From Balanoglossus misakiensis (Eukaryota > Animalia > Hemichordata): a DNA stretch of 64,000 nucleotides. Positions 11,773-27,300 of the stretch are shown here, in pieces. The stretch is taken from contig CM082587.2 in the NCBI GenBank assembly GCA_040954595.2, positions 2,261,000 through 2,324,999 on the forward strand. The letters run 5' to 3'. Numbering within the stretch: position 1 is the first letter of the stretch; every line of letters begins with the position of its first letter. The translations under genes were made by a program, and so were the position numbers. Below the pieces are notes generated by a model. The model saw only the letters and a program-made list of their open reading frames with translations, ran no database searches and was not told the DNA's origin.

Positions 11773-14700
11773 TTGTGTCAGCAGGGTTTATCGTAACAGA
11801 GTTGGCAACATAAAGGAATTACAAAATAATTTATAAATTAATGTTACAGTGAACTGCAAATGATAAGTACCCACACATGACCAAGTCTTTCATAGTTTGT
11901 CATTCTGTGATGCAACATATATTTCGATGAGGACAGTCTTTCCTTCAGGCAGTCTATAAATCTCTGAACTGTATAAATTTGCCTGTGACTTAATTTGTGA
12001 CTCTGTAATTATAGATTTGAACTTGCTGACTTTTAATTTCCAAGTCATGTAAACTTTTGTTTATGAACTGAAAAGGGTCTAGATGCAAAGAGAGTATTCT
12101 ATCATGAAAAGGAACTCTGAAGGTTTCACTTGTGTAGACTGACGGCTACACTTTCATCAGGAGTTGTTGAAATTACACTAATTATCTAAAATACAAGCAA
12201 ATTATGTTTTTCTGTGACACTACAGGCAGGTGCAGGAATGTATACAAGTATAGATGAATTCCTATGCCCATATATGGGCAATTTATAGTCTGCAACAATT
12301 CGGGTATAACAGACAGTTCTTGATTGGTTGCTTGAAAACAATACAAAGGTTGAAACCAATTACTTAATTTGCATGGTGAATATTTTTTTTAAATTAGTGT
12401 AAACTTGAAACAACATGGATGCACTGTATGTGATCACAGTGTCATAACATGCTGGCTAAAGACAAACACTTTGAGTCCTCTTTACTGAAAATATTTTTTT
12501 TTTCAATGCCAAAGTCGAAATGAAAAGAACAAAACAGTTGTATGAAATATTATGTAGCACATATCATTATGGTTAACAGTTCAACTGTAAAAATAGAATG
12601 GAAAATTGGCCTAAATTTTCTGAAGAAAAATACAGAAAATCTATTGTTAGTATATCATTAAAAACATTTACATTTCGCTGACAACTTTCACAAAATTCAC
12701 CACTCATTGCAGTGACAAATTAAAATGTGGCTTCCTGCAATTTACATACACCATTCTTAGCTTGACCAATCAGGACAAAGGGAACTATTCTACTGACATT
12801 TCAGCCAACCAATTATGATGAAGAAGCTATGTACAATTTGCATAAGGAAGAGTAAGACTTAGCATTGGCTATACAAAAAATACTAGTATGCATATTTAAA
12901 TAAAAGAAAAACCAAGAAACGTAAACAAATTTTGATCCCAATAAACTAATGAACTGGTACAGTGAAATGTGATCAATAACACATCTACGTATCTTCTCCA
13001 ATTTAGCAGGCAACTAGACTTTTTCCAAACATCATTTCTTATGCACTAAACATCTCAAGGTCTAACCATATTCAAATTTCATAGTGCACTAAAAACAAAG
13101 ATTTGATTTCAAATACTGGCAGTAACTGTAAAAAAATTTAGTAAAATACAGGCATATATTTGGGAAAAAAGAACTTGATTTAGAAAATAATTGTAAATTT
13201 GGTTTGTCATGTATCAATGCACATGAACTTCAACATAAACTGGAAGTATATTTGCACTTTCAATAACGGATGTTACAATTTTGTAAAATTTTTATGAAAA
13301 ATTGTTTTGTGGACAATGCCATATCATACCTAGACTGGAGAATGGTGTTATCCTCAAAGATGTTGTGAAACAACATCATAAATCCAGAATTTGCATCATT
13401 TATGAATTAACAAAAATCATTTTTACGTGACAAAGTTTGATTATATGTGAAAATAAGTGTGATTACATTACAGAAAGGTTTCATTCACTCCGAGTTCCAC
13501 TTGATTTTCATCAACTGAATTCAACCCTGCTTTCTGCTATGAAGCCTGCTGTAGCTTGTGTGAGGCCAGCCACAAACATAAGTAGTGACTTAGTTTGTGA
13601 TGCTTTCTTGAGAATACAATTTACTCTATCAAAACAAAACAACTTTCTACACTTCTAATGATCTCCGCACATGATCCAAGAATATCTCACTGAACTGTAC
13701 TTACTCTGAGAGAAACACAAGGCTGATTACATAGGATCATTGTTTGGACACTGCATTACTTACAGCACATTTGAATACATGCAGTATTTCTTAAATGAAA
13801 AAATTATTTATATGAAGCATTCAACTTTCATTTAGTCAGTGTTTGGCAAGATAGATGATTCAAAACAATTTAAAAAGTTAGGAAAACAATCAAAATTTGA
13901 GATTATTATCATTTTATGTAAAATTATCCTATATGCGCAAGCAGCCCACATTTATCAAATCATTATTTTTTTAATAATGTGATCTGTTCTTCATCCCAAA
14001 TTTCAAATTTGGATTTTTATATTAAATAACGCAAACATTTCAAAAATTAATAAGCATTTCAAAAACAATATGCATATTCATGCCAACATGTTACATGTAT
14101 ACAAATACAAATATCGTTTTGCCTTGCATGGCACTTGATTGGTTCACACACAGTACAGGCCATGCAGAATTTATCATCTGTTTCTCTACATGTCGAAGTC
14201 TATAAAGTACTGGCTACAGTTTCAAACCGGCAGAGACCAGGTTGTCAAAACATAACTAATGTCTACATGGGAGATTTGTGGTTTGGATGATCTGGGGCTT
14301 GCTGTGAAATCCAGCAGACTACTAGAAAAGATGGGTTCTTAGTGTACACTGTGTGATAATGTGTGTGGGATTTCTGGCCAGCTGATGAACTATGACCTTC
14401 TATGTTTCTTAGAGCTGTACAATTCACAGTACACATTTCAGTGACACAAACAGTATCCACTATGACTACCGTAGTAGGTCTCCAATGGCAGCTAATGTAT
14501 CTGTGATATGTTCAATTGAACTATTTTATTCAGCACACGCTGACCTCATGGCCAGTCAATGTGTATAATGTGGCACCATATAATCTACAATAATCACCTT
14601 TACCCCATAAAACATTACATGTGGCCAGATCATTTATACCACTTCCCATTTCCAAATCTCATCTTAGACATACACATCTTCATGCTCACATTCATGTGAT

Positions 14701-15235
14701 CAGGTACTTATAAAACTAACTGACAGTATATGACTTGTCACACAATCCATCCACAGGGCATGTGTACATTAATATAATGTAAAGGGTTTTCATAAAACAT
14801 GCTTTCTTTTTAAAAGATTCAGTCACATATTGTAAAGACTCAACGAACGAGGTGCTTTGATAAAACTTGGAGTAAGAGAAGTAAATCATGATTTTTCAGA
14901 GAATAGTAACGCTAGTTTTTTCTTCATTTGCACATCTTAACCGATGGACACTGTATATTGGCTCAAAATTGTCTAGAGTCATATAACATACAGAACAGGT
15001 CAAAGATGATGGCCAAACTAAATTCAATGGCATACATAGCTGAATATTTCATATGTTGAGTTTCTCTATATTATGTGACATTATCCAAAGAGCAGCCAAA
15101 CAAAACTTACAAAACAGAGTATTAAATACAGCAACTGGTCGATCTACAGTCAGTATTGTCTACAACATTATATCTATTCTGATGTATAGTACATGATCTA
15201 CAGTGTTCTACAGTGACGATCTAGCGCTATTTGTT

Positions 15236-15384
15236 TTACGATGGAGGCATTTCTAAATATGAAGTGGGTACATAGCCTTCTTCGTTTCCACCTCTTCTGG
15301 CTTTTGTCCAGCCGTCACCACTGTCCATTTCAATGACGTCGATAATTTCACCAGCTCTCAGGCCGATCGATCCCTCGCTTGTTG
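15236..15384 (-). CDS. FNBP1L: FNBP1L-like exon 13 (SH3 C-terminal part, stop)
   Basis: TSEGSIGLRAGEIIDVIEMDSGDGWTKARRGGNEEGYVPTSYLEMPPS*. Confidence 0.94.
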
Positions 15385-18300
15385 CTGAAATATTCAAAGT
15401 ACATTTCCATGTCAGTTTTAAAGCATCATCACTTGTATAATGTTTGGCCAAGAATTCACACTACAACAAACACATCTGTAAGTACAACACCCTCACAAGA
15501 TGCAAACATACACTGTCCAATTCATGTGAGATGTATGTTACAATATGATGAAGGCCTACCTGTGAAATCATACATGGCCTTACATCGAAACAGAACTTTC
15601 TCGAGTCCACTTTCTTGCGTTGGTTCATCATCACTGTCGCTGAATTCGCCTGGAGGATAGCTTGATGCAGTGGTATTCAAACTAGTGTCTCCTATACCGG
15701 TGTCTGGACTACAATGACAAAGCATGTGTACAGGGACGGTGAGATCTGGCATACATATACTTTGTGGGTATATTTACCGTATAACACACCTCAATGCTCA
15801 TGCTGCGTTGTGATTTGCAAGAATCAGTCAAATGATAGGAATATAGAATGACTATTTCACTAGGGAAATAGTAGCGTACCTTGTTGGAGCAGTGCTTTCT
15901 GCCATTGATGACGAGGCCCTTGAAGATCGCTGCGATGTCGAAGTTGACAGCGGCGATGTGACTGAGCTGGCTGGTGATGTAACATATGTATTGGCATTGG
16001 TTTCTAACACCTTAGACTTGGGTCTGTCGTTTTTGGGAGTGCCTTTTGGAGTGGAGTTCTGGCCATCAACATCGGCCATGTAACCCTGTCAGATACACAG
16101 AACACATCAATCAATATCACCTTCGCACGGAACATCAAAGCATGCAAATTTTACAGTATAACTTCAACTGTGGGCTATTTTCTCAGTATTTTTGTTTTGG
16201 GAGAAAAATACTGAAAATTAGCCAAAAGTTTTAATTAAAGTCACTGGAGATTTAATACTGTTTATAGGGTGCACTGGGATGTCCTCAATGATAAAATAAA
16301 CTTGGCGATGACTGCATATGTACACTAACAGCAACACCCAAGCCAGCATGTATTTTATCAATGATCCTTCAATGATTTTATGATGGCAGACAGCAAGCTG
16401 GTTTATTACACATCAGGGTATGAGGCATGGTTCATTTATACAGGGGGGGGGGGGGGGTTCATGCAACAATGGTCACTGAGTGACCCACAAGGGTGGCCAT
16501 TCTCAAACATGGTCATTTAGTGACCCAACCATGCAGGGTAATTCAATTGGCCAGAAGCTGATGTTCATTAACCTCCCAGACCATAGTGTCAATGTCATGC
16601 AAAGTTAAATCAATGTTACAGTTTCAGATACTCTGTCTACCACATCAGTGGAACCATAATTAGTCAGTGCCGTTTTCATTGAACAACACCCCACCCACCA
16701 TAGTGCCAGTCATATAATGTTAGTTTCATTTATTTTCACTACACTAAACCCATCAACGAAGTCCTAATGTGTCACTAAAACTACAAAAATTACAAACAAA
16801 AATATCCTAGTGATAAACTAGATATACTTGAAAGGAGCTTCATTACCAAATTCCACTTTTGTATATTGACTATATCCTGCATTCATTTACATTTATGAAC
16901 ATATCTTCTCAGCCCACCATCTTTTTAGGCTGGAATATTTTAAGCATCTTTCATGGCCATGAACATTAGCTGCAAGATTACGTAACACAGTCAGGCAAAT
17001 TGGAGATATGAATAAATAGTGAGAGCCTCATAGCGCTTGGATTTTTTTTTGGCATGACCACAGTAAATTTTCATTGGCAAGTAACAAATCCAGACGGATT
17101 CAACTTTAAATGCTGTTCATTTAATCACAAAATTGGTTTACTTCACAAGGCATTTGACACTCAGTTAGATCACCTGGTATACAGCACCAAAAATAACTGC
17201 TTACCAAAATTATTCCTAAAGCTACGCAAACTGATGAATTATTATTTGAAACACTGGTCATATTTTAAAGCAAAACTGGATTCATTTAAGTGAGACAAGA
17301 TGGTAATGCTTCCCAGATTAATCAGTTAGGGTTTTATTAGCACTACAGTTGTTATGAAGCTAGCCCATTTGAAAACAGAACAACAAAATTCACTCGGATG
17401 CGATCTGTCGTGGCTACTTACAGAGTGGCTATGACTCCGTTTAAGCTTTTTTGCATCCGCTGTCTTTAAATAACGCTGATGGAAACAAAAATGAATGACA
17501 CGACACAAAGTGAGCATACGAAAAGACACTACAGCCAGCTTCCATGCCTTTGTCTGATTTACTGATTTTTGTTTTGTTTTATTTTGTTTTGTTTTGATGT
17601 GTTTATTCTTTGGTGTACCTTACGATTGAGTTTAATGGAAACAGACCATAGCTGGGAGCTGGCTCGAAGTAAAATATCAAAATATATGACTGGCATGTTC
17701 AAAATAAAAAATAATCCAATGATAGAAAGGAAACATCAAATGAAAGTGTCTTTGCAAATAATGGAGACAACACCAGCAATGTAATATGACACTCAATGTG
17801 ATAGGTTTATGATTTCATGCCATGGTCAAATGATATTATTGCCAATTTCCTCAAATTGTCGTTTACACATACTGCTTGAGTAAAACTTGTTCATCATTCA
17901 GACCCTAAAAGTCCCCCTTTTCTGTATGTTTACACCCAATATGGTGCAATCATTACAACACACACAAACACACATAGGTTGTAAATAGGGCATGGAAAGG
18001 AGAAAGGGGTACTCAACTTTTGGAACTGTTTAAACAGTTCTTAACGTATTTTTGGTACTAGCATTTACATTGGTTTGCTACATCTCTGCGTTCATAAATC
18101 TCCACATACTACTTTACCTCATATTTCTGAAGTTCTTTGCGGAGCACGTCCAACTCTTTGCCGTTCTGGGTGAGTTGTTCATCGATGCTGTTGGGGTCTC
18201 CAAGGGAAGGATTCTTGGTGTAAACGTCCTTCATCTTGTTCATGGCGTCCCTGAAGAAACATAAATTGTCTAGAATGATTAGACCACATACACATGATGA

Positions 18301-21300
18301 GAACTGTCAGCAATGGCACCACTGCGAGTACAGAACAAGATCAAGACTGAAAAGCATGACAACAAACACATCGCTTTTTCTTCAACTTCAAAGCGCAGAG
18401 TGACTAACCTTGCTTTCATTTGCTGCTTGACTTTCTCGCTGTACTCGTCAATTTTCTGTTGAAGTTTCTTCCTCTGCTGAGTTGGTGGAAGATCGCTGAA
18501 GTCGTCTTTGTTGTCATCATTCTGTAGCAAGTCATATTTAAAATAGGATGATTTGCATAAGGTCACATAGACAAATAATGACCTGTTTACTATTATCAAT
18601 GACTTCCTATAAGGATCAATATTGACTGGCTACAGGGATGATAATATCACCATTACATTATGTTATATGAGCAGATAATGTCCAGGTCATACAGCGATCA
18701 TTAGCAACAGCTTCACCTGTTATATATATAACCTATCACCAGTTATTAATGACAAGCTGCATGTATCATTAATGACCTGATGCAGGATTTATTATTGACC
18801 AGCAAATGGACATTACTGACTTGTAACCAGGCAATAACGGTCACCTATAGGAGTCACTACCCAGCAAAACAGAATCCATATGGTGCATGCAACTGACTAT
18901 AGCTCACTTTCCCATAAATGTACCCTTTTTTTAGGAACATCTGTATGTCCTTTTTTACTGATCTACCGGTAGAACCAGTTCTCAGGAAAGTCATTAAAAC
19001 ACCACTAACATTCAATATGTGATTGTGATGACTCTGTGATATATTCTACATAACACATAGTTTTCATGCGTGTGCAACTAATCACATGTGACTTGAGTTT
19101 GCCTCAATTTTTAGTAGGCCTTCTCATAACGATATACACCACAAGATTCAAGTACTGAGAACATTTTAGACCAATATCAACATTAAAAAATCATATTTAA
19201 TGGCAAAATAACTGTATAATAATATACACAATGATATCATTTTTGAAAATCAAACAACCACTCCAAATCCAAAACTACCTTGCAGAGAGAACACAAAACC
19301 AACACTCTGTGTGTTATTTGGTTCTATGGATGCATATGACAGCTTATCCTGAGTGTTATATGCCGGCGGGATATTTCAGCTGTTTATCTGAGATATTACC
19401 AACATGCATATTATAAAAGGTTGCTGTCTAACTTAAACTACTGGATATAGAAGCAAAACACATGCAAGTTAATCCTCGTCTATCTGAAAACCAATGCAGA
19501 CACTGTCGGTTGGTTATTGTATTGTGAGTTCAAATCACCTACAGCTATTGACATCCCGATCATGCTCGCTAAAGCAAGCTGCTACTTGTTATTGGGACTC
19601 AAGCAGCTGGGAGAATTAGTTTCAATGTCTCTTTTGGGCTGAGAACTTACCCTGTACCGATAATGTCTGCATGACTGGGTGACAGATGGACATGGCGTCA
19701 GAAGGAAAGCAGAATGTAGAATGAGGGTGTGTGTATAAGAGTGTGTGCTCTGAATCTGTGTACAGCCTAGCTGTGTTATATGCATAAAAGTAGAAAAGCT
19801 AAGTACGAAGACATAAAGCTTACTTGAATAATTAGACTGTGGAATTGCTGCACAAGGAGTATTTTGTTTGTTTGTTTGTTTGTTTTTTTAGTCCAGTATA
19901 GCCGTAGCAGTACAGAAGTAAAGAGATATAACACAGAAGAACATAGAATCAGCACATGTAAAATTGTCATTCTGTGAGCGAACGCAACTGTTGCTATTAA
20001 CAAATACAAGTGCCATGGCAACTGTTGCTGCGAAATAACATACATGCAAATAAGTATGTACATTTCAACATGGAACCATCATTTGAAACGCATCCATTGG
20101 CTTTTTCGTTTTGTTTTTTAAACGAACAGCTTGTGTGCGACCGTCAATTCAGACACTGATGACTCATAGTTTTGCGATATTGTAACGAGTATGATTGATG
20201 TGATATATTGAAACCTCCATGGACATTTCGAGTGTGTGTGAGCTCCCATACAAATTTGGCAATGAATGAAATGGTCCCAAGCCTGCAAGTGTTAGTATAG
20301 ACAATATGCCTCACCATGAAACCTCATATATCAATCCACAAATAGACGAATTAAAACAGGCCTAACTGCAACGAAATCTATGAAGAACTTGTGCAATGGT
20401 AAGACATTCACTGACAAATTTTGCATTCAGCACATAGATGATTTTTTTCATGGAAAATGACAAGTTTTAGTCATTAAATTCTGAGCCATGCAACAAAGCA
20501 CTTGCAAATCACTCTGCCGTTGCTGCCCATAACAATTGCAAACAACAGAAAACATTTCCTGAAGCATTAACATGGTTATCCCAAAATGGGAAAACATCAC
20601 CAATATCTGAAGACCCATTGGCCAACCCATTTCAACCCTAGACCAAATCAAAGTATTTCTTACCTTTGAAAAAAACCCAGTTAACCCTTTGCGTTTTTTC
20701 TCTTTCCTTTTCCCAGTCCCAAGCCCTGTAAGCGTTCCTCCTTTGTAACCAGATGGTGTATTGCCACTGCCTGTTGATACATTATCGTCCTCTTTCTTAC
20801 TCAGATCTTCAAAGTAAAAGTCAGTGGGTGGATCCAGGCCAGATTTATACCTTTCAATAACTGACTTGGAATCCTATGGAAGTAAAAGTTCATTGGTGAA
20901 TATTGGCTATCATATTGACTTATTTGCAGCGAGGACGTGTTACCAATACGACTGATTGATAATTCAGTTTCTTAGCTTTTCATATTTGCACATCTGTTTG
21001 TACATGTGTAGCTAAATTTTTGTGGTTAAAAAAAAGACATCCAAGTGCATTTCAAAATTTCTTACCTGTGCATGACTGACTGCGTCTCCTGCAGACGTCA
21101 TTCCATCTAGACATTTTCCGATGATGGGCATGACTTTCCGATGGGCATCGGCGTACCTCCTGTAAAAATCAGCTAACGTGTCTATCCTGCGTTCATCCAG
21201 GTCTTGAAGATGCTGCAACAAAGGTGAGAAGTAGAGTAGAGAAAGGCATTACATTTGGCATTCAGACAAAGTTCAAGAACAACTTCAGACAGTTGACATT

Positions 21301-24300
21301 GACACTGTATACTGAGATCACTGAACAGTTCCCCACATCACACAAATCATTTTAAAAAGTAACAAACATGCATTTAATCGCAGTCACAACACCATTGTTT
21401 TATTTACCTTAAATACTTCTGGCATTTTAGTCGTATAGTGGTTACGCTGATGTGTGTTTGTGTTTTCTAATTGTAAAATATATTCATTCTTGCAGTCTTC
21501 ACAATACTGCATTTTTTGGTTCATTGTTTGGCGTGCCTGAAAAAATAAAATAATTACCCAAAGTTACACCATCGGATCTGAAACACAAGGTACTTATGTG
21601 ATGATGCTCAGCTGGCCTTGAAGAACAGGGAAACTGGGGTTAAATAAATAAAATATGCAGTGTGGGATTCTAAATCTGCCATATATAACCTTCAACAGCT
21701 GCTATAGCTGCAACTGGTCTGACTGGCTTTCTGCCACCTGTGCTTGTCAGCTACAGCTGTTTATGACACCAAACATACTGGGCTCTGGCCTAACCATTGA
21801 CAATATTTCATATGGCACACTTAAATGATGCATGTTTAAATAAAACACTTGTGTTACTGTACATTTAATATGCCAGCTTGAATGATACAGGGAAGCGTTT
21901 CGCACAAGGGGGCCATTACAGAGTTTTGTTTTCTTGCATGTTTTGAAAACAGAAAACGAATGATACCTACCTTTTCTACTTGTGCCCTGGGTAGATTCAT
22001 ATCAGCATCGGCTTCAGAGTGCTTCTGTTTTGCATGTTCCGATGCTTTGTGTGCACCCTCGTAGTTTTTCTTGGCCTGAAATGAAAAAGTTCAGTCACCC
22101 ATCTGCCCATTATCCTAATAATTTTCACCCTAAAAAAATCCTCAAACTCTTCAATGACTGACATGTAATCTATCTCTAGTTAGGATTACATGCATTATAG
22201 TCTAGACTAGGTCTTAGTCATACTTCTTTTGCCTCTGTGAAAAACACTTCAGACTCTGCAAGTGCTCACTGTATATTCAAAGCAAAAGTGTTAAAAACAG
22301 CTATCATGTGTGTATTCATGTGAACACAAATGTACTATATGTTGACGTAGAGTTTTCGGAGAATACCGACTGAACAAGTGAATACCTACCTGTTCTAATT
22401 GTTTTATTGATGATGATAATGCTGCTTGGACTTTATGTCCTTCTTGAAGAGTCTTCCTCCTATCTGTCTTCAGCTCTTTGATTAACTCATCAGAAGACCT
22501 GATCACCTGAGCGATCAGCGTCTCTGAAATTACTTCATGTTGACCAGCAAGGTCAGTCACCTCTTTGACTACACTAGAAAAACCCTTTGACCATGTGTAT
22601 GTGTACCTAGCAGGGAAGAACAGAATTGTTGACAGACAGTCATTATAAAGAATACAAGAAAATGTGAAAAGAGAATCCTCAATGCCTATCTATTCAAATT
22701 TTGATGACACATTTGTTTCTTTTATTTGACCTACCCATTTTCATTATTGTCTGATTTTTTCTTTGGTGTATAAGCCTTTGCTAGCTTCCTGTAAAATATC
22801 AAAATATTCTTATTTTACAATATTACAATACACAAAAGTGAGAACATTATACCTAAATTCTGTTACATTTCCACGGCTGTACAGTAAATATATCATGCTA
22901 TTCATTTCCTCGTATTAGGCTATTGTAATTCTTTCCTTGATGAGTGTGTGAGTAAGCTTTTCAGCAAAATGTTTCTGCAGGAAACTGGAGAATGTAATAA
23001 CGTTAGGTGGACAACACACCTCATTAGAGGTCAACAACCCCATGATTCACTCTGCTGACGTCACCTCTTGTAATGATAACGTAATACACCTACAGATTTT
23101 ACTTTGGTCTTTCAAAGACTTTGATGTCAATTTAGCCACACTTAGACACCCACCCTACTCCCACAATTCATATCACCCCTCACCTTTGACCCCATCTTCT
23201 GTGGACCCAACTTCCCCCCACTGCAAACTAAGCCACATGGCTGCAAACCCATCCTGCACCCACCAGCATGTACAATCCCTGCCCTCCTGACCCCTGCCAC
23301 CCTTTGCAAACCCCCCACGCCCATTCCTACCGACTATGAGTTTTGTCAACTAACTAAACAGCTATGATCAAGCAATGTTGTATGCATCTCAAACCCAGCT
23401 GTTTCATATTGAGATAATTTATGAGCTAAAATGGCTTGACAAGTCAGCGTTACCAAGAAACACTTCTACGCCATCAGACAATAAACTGCCCTCATGAGTT
23501 GACACTGAGATGCCACTAGGTGTAAGCAGTTGTCAGAAGGCGAGAATTACTGGTTAGCCTGCCTAAATTGAAACTAAAAATATTTTGAACATCCGTTCTA
23601 AAATACAGTTGTAATCTAGCGGGTCTTCGTGAAAGGAACATCCCCAGACTGAGCTGCAACTATTGTATAACTCTGCATGATTGAATCTACTTCTGCTTCT
23701 GCAAATGAGATGAGTATCTGTACGTGATACATGTACCAGTCAGGGATGAAAAGTTGTGGTCCTTATGATTAAGGGGATTTATACTTCTCAATCTAACAAC
23801 AATAGTCTTTAAAATATAAACAGGAACAACCCATGCAGCAATAGCACTTTCAGTTTCAAAATAGTCCATGCAGTTACACTGCCTATCTTACTATTTTTGA
23901 TATAGACAGGGGATGGAGTTGGGGTGGGGTTGTCAGTGACATCTTGTTTATGTATGGGTCCTGCGGAACATGATCATCAACAAACTGACTGTATAATTTT
24001 TCTGGTTTGCTGTCAGTGTCTGCATAATGTGTATGTTAAGTGTCAAGACATGTAGTGTACCTACCTGAGAGATGACGCATATTCTTGTTCAACTCTACTC
24101 CGCTCTTTTGCGAAACGCTGGAATTTTTCAACAAATTCAATTCCATAGTGTGTGTGTTTCTCTATAATATCATACTGATCCTGTTGGTTCAAAGGAAACA
24201 AGAGAATTCATTTACAGGATGTTAGAATTTTATTGTTCTGTTTACATATCTCACATGTACACAGACCTTTCCTCTGTAAACATTCATTGTGTAGAGTGAA

Positions 24301-27300
24301 GTACATGCATTTTTATTGTGTTCATAAATGGTCACATGAATTTTCATCGTGACCCCCTGATTGAAGTGTATAGCACAATGGAATATACAGTACAATGTAC
24401 AACACTCAGTCAACCCAACACCAAAACACAATTTCATAACATCTGTGGACTATGATCACGCCAGCATCAACGTCTGTTCATGTGATAAATGAAGAGTACT
24501 GACAAACGTAGACAGGTGGCTGATGAAAGCATCACAATACTACAACCATTCATTCAACAAACCAAAAGTAAAGCGACTGAGTAGCTGTGGATTTCATGAA
24601 TGTAACGCATGAAATCGCAGTCATTATATAAGTTTCCTATCAAGTAACAAAGTCCATTTCTAAAGTACACTGCTTTATATGTTCATAAATATTTACTGCT
24701 TTAGTAATTACATCTCTACATAAAGTGAATATTCTCTCTTAAGTTCCCATTTTCAAATATTATTTGAATACATTCATGACCGATTTAAAAATAGGAGAAC
24801 TTTCCTTTGGAGGGGAGGGGTATTTGGGATCAATGACTCAACTGAATATGAATAATTTTACATATAATAAAGGGTGTGTCTGGACAGACATAACCCAATT
24901 TTTATCTTCATTGAGCATTACTGCATCCAAAACACTCCACATAGACTGCCATACACGACTGATATTTAATCAGTGACATTAAAAATTCCACAACCTTAAT
25001 TAGTAAGATGAGACTCTAGGATTCCAAGTTACACATCAAATAAATATTTCTTCATTGTATATTCACAATTTCTTAAATCAGACAACATACAGCAGACCCA
25101 AAATGGAGCCTTTAGGGCAGCTTCTGTTCTGAGTGTTATATCTGAGTAAGCTCTTGCTCCAGTGAGCTCTTGCGTTTTTTGCCTAAATGTCAGATCAAGA
25201 AAAAAAGAGTGATGCGAGATTACAGCATCTGATGATTATAACCAGTAGGGAAGGAAATCTTAATCCACTGTTTTCACAATGTATAGCCATAGGGTACATG
25301 GAACATCCGATTCCGCCTTGGCACAATTACCATGTAAATTGAGTTTTTATCAACCTAAATATTCTATTGCTGGAGTACTGTGCCGTAACCAAGACAAACT
25401 GGAGATCTACCAAATGATGATCCCATGTACACGGGATGTGATAAAGGCCTTGAGATGAAGGCTGCATACAAAGCATGGAGTATTCTGACAAATGGAGATT
25501 GTCAGAATGATGGCACCATAAAATACAGATGAAGGTCAGTGAAAAATCAATGTTACATTCACTGAACATCCTGCATATCAGTTTTGAAGATCACATTTCA
25601 AAAATTTGATAGCCCTAAAGTCCCTGAAACAAAACGCTATGGGTACATCCTAGTCCTATTTCCATGATTTTACATGGCCATCAATATTAGATTTTACAGA
25701 TGTCGCATTGTCTTCACCTCCTTTCACCCCTTTTCATGAGAGTGCTTATGATTGGACGGTTGAGGGCACGACCCGGCTGACCTCTTTCACAGGAAGTACA
25801 GCTCACTCAGTCTCTATATGTCATATCCATTACAACCACTCCATTTCTGTCTACACATTTTAGGAGAGCAATATTACTGCTGGAAATTTCATTTCTGTTC
25901 TTGACAATTAATCGCATATCAGACTTTGTATGGTTTCATTGACAGGAAATTGAGAGACAGGTGATCAAACAGACAGTGGTGGTAGAGGAAACCATACAAC
26001 GATACACTTGCACTGACAAGACCTGCAGATCCACAGAGACTGGTCCAAATTATTGCCTTGTTTCAATTTCACTGCTAGCTCTGGGTAGTCACATGTTTTT
26101 TATGTCAACAACTGCTCTCCCACCAACACACAGTAAAACTGTGACACAAATATTAGAGTACATGTACTGGTATGTATACAGGAGATATGCACTCTCATGT
26201 CATCATTTACTAGGTTGTTTTTTCCACCTGAGTGTGTGTGTGCATGACGCTCCATATTATTTGTACACCTGCACAAAGTCTATGTTTGAATAAGCACATA
26301 TATCAATTGCTATGAGTATTTGTGGTCTAAACATGCAAATTACAGATCCTCATATTTGAAAGGGTTGTAATTTTTGCTCAGTGAAATACACCATTGCCTA
26401 TACACTTTTTTCTACAGGTATGTATAATGTACATTGTCATGCAGATAGAAATGTATGTCACACAATGCATTGTTTTCAAAGAAATGTAAAATAATACATT
26501 CAGGGTTATGATTATACTGTTATTGATGGTAGCTGTGATTCTGAGCAACATCAAATTTATCTTTCAGCTGCAGTGATACACAGTGCTATGGTACCATTAT
26601 AGATACACACGTTTATCTAATCAGATCTACAGACCCTAGATTTCAGAAGTTGGTGTGGAATGATCTGACATGCACGTGTTAGATAATATACTGAGTTAGG
26701 TAACTGTATTCTATTTTTGCAAACTTGGACATTGAAAACCTGTACATTTGACATGAACTTACTACAGTTTTTCCCTAATATACATTCAACTACTCAACAA
26801 CATTTCAATTTCATTTTGCATTAGCATTCCAGATCAGTTCTGACAACGTAAAAATCATAGTTTGTTTCTATGGTGATAGCTGCTTGCATTTGACGTCAGA
26901 ATGGACAAATTCAACAAGCTGATACCTGGATAGCTAATGAACAGCTACAGTTGATCATAATGAAAGTTCAAATACCAGCCACTGGGAGACACTGTATCTG
27001 ATAAATCATGTTTGTTTTGCTTTGAAACCAAGTCTACTTATCTCTAGTGTTGAGCGTTTCATGTAGGCATACAGTTATGTCACCACCATGTGTTACCGTT
27101 ATACCAAAATATGCTCAGTCAGTATCAATGATTTTAATAATTATTTAAATCCCAATTCTGATATGGTATTTTATTTGTCCTGCCTGTCAAACACTGAAGA
27201 GGGATTCATTGCTTAGTCAGTTGCATGGAAGCCTCAAACTCCTCACTTTAAATATGGGAAGGTGAGGTTTTACTGTCCCCTGACCATAGCATGCAAACCT

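Noticed and set aside
23140-23335. C-rich low-complexity intronic patch
   Set aside because: No periodic unit or coding signal; ordinary low-complexity sequence.
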